From contig JAMLIS010000015.1 in the NCBI GenBank assembly GCA_023954015.1, positions 9,726 through 73,725 on the forward strand: a DNA stretch of 64,000 nucleotides. Reading direction: 5' to 3'. Positions within the stretch are counted from its first letter, which is position 1. Each line of letters opens with the position of its first letter. The DNA is from Burkholderiaceae bacterium (lineage in GTDB: Bacteria; Pseudomonadota; Gammaproteobacteria; Burkholderiales; Burkholderiaceae_E). The notes under the pieces were generated by a model. That model did no database searches and was not told where the DNA came from. It worked only from the letters and a program-made list of their open reading frames with translations. A program made the translations under genes and the position numbers. Shown here piece after piece: positions 60,373 through 64,000 of this stretch.

Positions 60373-61317
60373 TCAAGCGCCGCTGGCGGCCGGCGCATCG
60401 GCCGGCAGCTCCTCGCCCGCGATGCGACGCAGGGCCTCTCGATAGCGTTCCGCCGTCTGCGCGATCACTTCGGGCGGCAGGTGGGGCGCCGGCGGCTTCT
60501 TGTTCCAGCCGGGAACGCTCTCGAGCCAGTCGCGCACGTACTGCTTGTCGAAGGAGGGCGGCGACTCGCCCGGGCGCCAGGAATCGGCCGGCCAGAAGCG
60601 CGACGAGTCGGCGGTGAGCACCTCGTCCATCAAGCGCAGCGTGCCCTTTTCGTCGAGGCCGAACTCGAACTTGGTGTCGGCGACGAGGATGCCGCGCGTC
60701 GCGCAGTGCTCGGCCGCGCGCCTGTACAACGCGAGGCTCAGTTCGCGGATGCGCGCAGCCAGCGCCGCACCGATGCGCCCGGACATCTCGTCGAAGGAGA
60801 TGTTCTCGTCGTGCTCGCCCTGCTCGGCCTTCGCCGCCGGCGTGAAGATCGGCTGCGGAAGGCGGTCGGCCAGGCGCAGGCCCGCCGGCAACGCGATGCC
60901 GCACACCGAACCGCTCGACTGGTAATCCTTCCAGCCCGACCCGATCAGGTAGCCGCGCACGACCGCCTCGACGAGGATCGGCTGCAGGCGCTCGACGACC
61001 ATGGAACGCCCGCGCACCTGCTCGCGTTCGTCGGGTTGCACGACCGACTCCGGATCGACGCCGGTCAGGTGATTGGGGACGACGTCGGCGAGGCGCTCGA
61101 ACCAGAACAGCGCCATCCGGTTCAGTACGCGTCCCTTGTCGGGGATCGGCTCGGAGAGCACGACGTCGAAGGCCGACAGGCGGTCGGTGGTGACGATCAG
61201 CAACCGGTCGTCGCCGACCGCGTAGTTGTCGCGCACCTTGCCGCGCGATACGAGCGGCAGCGAGTGCAGCGTCGTGCGATGAACGATCGGCATCGGTCGT
61301 TGGCGCAAAAGCGCCAT
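60373..61317 (-). CDS. purC: Phosphoribosylaminoimidazole-succinocarboxamide synthase
   Basis: [27 protein letters not shown]. The alternative start at 61293 ([14 protein letters not shown]) is equally plausible. Confidence 0.93.
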   Translation of the reverse strand: MALLRQRPMPIVHRTTLHSLPLVSRGKVRDNYAVGDDRLLIVTTDRLSAFDVVLSEPIPDKGRVLNRMALFWFERLADVVPNHLTGVDPESVVQPDEREQVRGRSMVVERLQPILVEAVVRGYLIGSGWKDYQSSGSVCGIALPAGLRLADRLPQPIFTPAAKAEQGEHDENISFDEMSGRIGAALAARIRELSLALYRRAAEHCATRGILVADTKFEFGLDEKGTLRLMDEVLTADSSRFWPADSWRPGESPPSFDKQYVRDWLESVPGWNKKPPAPHLPPEVIAQTAERYREALRRIAGEELPADAPAASGA

Positions 61318-61339
61318 TCTGCCCGAACGCGAGGCGGAT

Positions 61340-62119
61340 TCAGCGCGCGGAACCGCGCAGCCAGCCCAGGCCGCTGCGCGTGCCGTCGCGCGGGCGGTAT
61401 TCGCAACCGACCCAGCCGCCGTAACCGAGTTCGTCGAGCAGCGCGAACAGGTACGGGTAGTGCAGCTCGCCCACGTCGGGCTCGGCGCGCTCCGGAACGC
61501 CGGCGATCTGGACGTGCCCCACGCCGGCGAGGTGGCGGCGAATCTTCGTGGAGACGTCGCCTTCGACGACCTGGCAGTGGTACAGGTCCATCTGCACCTT
61601 CAGGTTCGGCTCGCCGACCTCGGCGACGATCGCATGCGCATCGGCCTGCGTCTCGAGGAAGTAGCCGGGAACGTCGCGTCGATTGATCGGCTCGACCAGC
61701 GCGGTCACACCGGCGCCCGCCAGGCGCCGGCAAGCCCAGCGCAGGTTGCCGATGTAGGTCGCGCGCTGCTCGGCCGTGCGCGACACGTCGCGAACGACGC
61801 CCGCCATCACGTGCAGCCGGGAACAACCGAGCACCGATGCGTACTCGAGCGCCTGGTCGATCGACGCGCGGAAGGCTTCGACGCGATCGGGCAGGCTGGC
61901 CAGGCCCCGCTCGCCGGCCCGCGCCTCGCCCGGCGGCGCGTTGAAGAGCACCTGCTCGAGCCCGTTGGCCAGCAACGCCGAACGGATCTCGACGGCCGAA
62001 TGCTCGTACGGAAACAGGAACTCGACCCCTCGGAAGCCGTCGCGCGCCGCGGCTTCGAAGCGGTCGAAGAACGGCAGCTCGGTATACAGCCAGGAAAGGT
62101 TCGCTGCGAACTTCGGCAT
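61340..62119 (-). CDS. hyi: Hydroxypyruvate isomerase family protein (TIM barrel)
   Basis: 259 aa from [38 protein letters not shown], with a Hyi-like [12 protein letters not shown]. Confidence 0.85.
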   Translation of the reverse strand: MPKFAANLSWLYTELPFFDRFEAAARDGFRGVEFLFPYEHSAVEIRSALLANGLEQVLFNAPPGEARAGERGLASLPDRVEAFRASIDQALEYASVLGCSRLHVMAGVVRDVSRTAEQRATYIGNLRWACRRLAGAGVTALVEPINRRDVPGYFLETQADAHAIVAEVGEPNLKVQMDLYHCQVVEGDVSTKIRRHLAGVGHVQIAGVPERAEPDVGELHYPYLFALLDELGYGGWVGCEYRPRDGTRSGLGWLRGSAR

Positions 62120-62241
62120 CGTCGCTCCCCGCGCGCCGGGATCGGGCGCGCGCATTCCTTCATGATAGAGGCGCGCGTCGTCCGTGCACGGCAAGGATGC
62201 GCGCCGCCCGCGTGTCCCACGCGCAACCTTCGCACTCACCG

Positions 62242-63036
62242 ATGCTCTGGATCGCCACCTATCTCGCCGCCGGCGCCGGCGTCGGCTTCCTCGCGGGCCT
62301 GCTCGGCATCGGCGGCGGCATGACGCTGGTGCCGATCCTGGCGACGCTGTTCGGCGCACAGGCGCTCGCACCCGACTACAACGTGCATCTTGCGCTCGGC
62401 ACGGGCATGGCTTCGGTGCTGTTCACCTCGAGCGCCAGCGTGCGTGAACATCATCGGCACGCCGGCGTCGACTGGGGCATCGTCGCCCGCATCGCACCGG
62501 GAATGCTGCTCGGTGCCCTGTCGTCGACGCTGGCCGCCGGGTGGATCAGCCAGCGCACGCTCGCGCTCGCCTTCGCGGTGATCGTCTTCGCCGGCGCGAC
62601 GCAGATCCTGCTGGGACGCAAGCCGAAGGCGGCGCGCCAGATGCCGGGCACGGCGGCAACTTCGCTCGTCGCGTACGTGATCGGCGTGATCTGCGGTCTC
62701 GTCTCCGCCGGCGGCGCGTTCCTCACCATTCCGTTCATGCTCTTCTGCGGCGTCGCGATGCACCGCGCGATCGGCACTGCCGCTGCCATCGGCGTTCCCG
62801 TCGCGCTCGTCGGGACGATCGGCTACGTCATCGGAGGCTGGCGCATCGATACGCTGCCGCCGGTGACGCTCGGCTTCGTCTACCTGCCGGCGCTCGTGGC
62901 GCTGGTGGCCGCGAGCGTGCTGACCGCTCCGTGGGGCGCCCGCAAGGCACATACCCTGCCGGTGACGACGCTGAAGCGCGTCTTCGCGGGCCTGCTGTAT
63001 CTGCTCGCGACGAAGATGGCGGTCAGCGCGTGGTGA
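62242..63036 (+). CDS. TauE/SafE family sulfite/anion exporter
   Basis: 264 aa from MLWIATYL. It has several TM helices and GIGGG motifs ([15 protein letters not shown]). Confidence 0.85.
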   Translation: MLWIATYLAAGAGVGFLAGLLGIGGGMTLVPILATLFGAQALAPDYNVHLALGTGMASVLFTSSASVREHHRHAGVDWGIVARIAPGMLLGALSSTLAAGWISQRTLALAFAVIVFAGATQILLGRKPKAARQMPGTAATSLVAYVIGVICGLVSAGGAFLTIPFMLFCGVAMHRAIGTAAAIGVPVALVGTIGYVIGGWRIDTLPPVTLGFVYLPALVALVAASVLTAPWGARKAHTLPVTTLKRVFAGLLYLLATKMAVSAW

Positions 63037-63080
63037 ACGCCGCGTTTCGCAGCGAAACGACCGACGGCCGACTCACGTTC

Positions 63081-64000
63081 TCAGCGCACGACCTGCGCAA
63101 GCTCGCCCTTGCGGTACCGGTCGATCATCACCGAAAGCGCGAGCGGCTTGATCCGGCTCGCCTGCCCTTCGCAGCCGAACTCCCGATAGCGTGCAATGCA
63201 GACCTTCTTCGCCGCGGCGTTGGCCGGTTTCAGATATTCGCGCGGGTCGAACTTCGACGGCTGCTCGGCAAAGAAGCGGCGGATCGCACCGGTCATCGCC
63301 AGCCGGATGTCGGTGTCGATGTTGATCTTGCGCACGCCGTGCTTGATCGCTTCCTGGATCTCCCCGACCGGCACGCCGTAGGTTTCCTTCATGTCGCCGC
63401 CGAACTCGCGGATCTCGGCGAGCAGCTCCTGCGGAACCGACGAAGAACCGTGCATCACCAGGTGCGTGTTCGGAATGCGCCGATGGATCTCCTTGATGCG
63501 ATCGATCGCGAGAATGTCGCCGGTGGGCTTGCGCGAGAACTTGTAGGCGCCGTGCGAGGTGCCGATCGCGATCGCCAGCGCGTCGACCTGCGTCTGCTCG
63601 ACGAAGTCGGCTGCCTGCTCGGGATCGGTGAGCAGCTGCTCGCGCGTCATCGTGCCTTCGGCGCCGTGGCCGTCCTCCTTGTCGCCCTTCATCGTCTCGA
63701 GCGAGCCCAGGCAGCCGAGCTCGCCCTCGACGGTGACGCCCACCGCGTGCGCCATCTCGACGACGCGTTTCGTGACGTCGACGTTGTAGTCGTAGGACGC
63801 AATCGTCTTGCCGTCTTCCTGCAGCGAGCCGTCCATCATCACCGACGAGAAACCCAGGCGGATCGCCTGCAGGCACACGGCCGGCGACTGTCCGTGATCC
63901 TGGTGCATGACCACCGGAACGTTCGGGTAGCTGTCGACCGCCGCTTCGATCAGGTGCCGCAGGAACAGCTCGCCGGCGTACTTCCGCGCGCCGGCGGAGG
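63081..64000 (-). CDS. fba: Class II fructose-bisphosphate aldolase. The 3' part is present; the N-terminus lies beyond the right edge.
   Basis: [39 protein letters not shown]. The reading frame stays open to the window end (own reading of 63915-64000: ...[23 protein letters not shown]). Confidence 0.93.
   Translation of the reverse strand, partial: SAGARKYAGELFLRHLIEAAVDSYPNVPVVMHQDHGQSPAVCLQAIRLGFSSVMMDGSLQEDGKTIASYDYNVDVTKRVVEMAHAVGVTVEGELGCLGSLETMKGDKEDGHGAEGTMTREQLLTDPEQAADFVEQTQVDALAIAIGTSHGAYKFSRKPTGDILAIDRIKEIHRRIPNTHLVMHGSSSVPQELLAEIREFGGDMKETYGVPVGEIQEAIKHGVRKINIDTDIRLAMTGAIRRFFAEQPSKFDPREYLKPANAAAKKVCIARYREFGCEGQASRIKPLALSVMIDRYRKGELAQVVR

Overview
This is a very GC-rich chromosomal segment. 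The gene order looks betaproteobacterial (Burkholderiales/Rhodocyclales-like): lptF divergent from pepA-holC-valS, a Bug/TctC binding protein, and fba-purC-purE-purK-tsaC. I did not compute GC content. Coding density is high, and about 55 protein genes are supported.

Gene content by group:
- Housekeeping: valS, alaS, glnS, pepA, holC, msrA, purCEK, tsaC/sua5, fba.
- Nitrate respiration block, about 23 kb (25.6-48.7 kb): two diverged, directly repeated narGHJI-ppiC clusters in tandem. One has narK1-narK2 and narXL upstream. The other has no transporter or regulator of its own.
- An AbiEii-like nucleotidyltransferase toxin pair sits between the two nar clusters.
- Aryl/acyl-CoA catabolic genes flank the nar block: a salicylyl-CoA hydroxylase/OYE-type fusion with RidA on the left; gcdH, a benzoate-CoA-ligase-like gene, MaoC and a BzdR/BoxR-like regulator on the right.
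- A ParE/RelE toxin has only a stub of an antitoxin upstream.

I saw no rRNA, tRNA, CRISPR array, transposase, integrase or phage genes, and no large multi-gene block of unknown function.

The least explained signals are non-coding:
- Two related nested GC-rich palindromic elements (42481-42874 and 51778-52043). They share a core architecture, but each keeps its own arms almost perfectly self-complementary.
- A roughly 167-bp stem-bubble-stem palindrome upstream of tusA (6403-6569).
- Several short tandem repeats, four in frame within coding sequence and one 20-nt repeat at a gene's stop codon.

All family assignments come from reading motifs and from memory of homologues. No searches were run.
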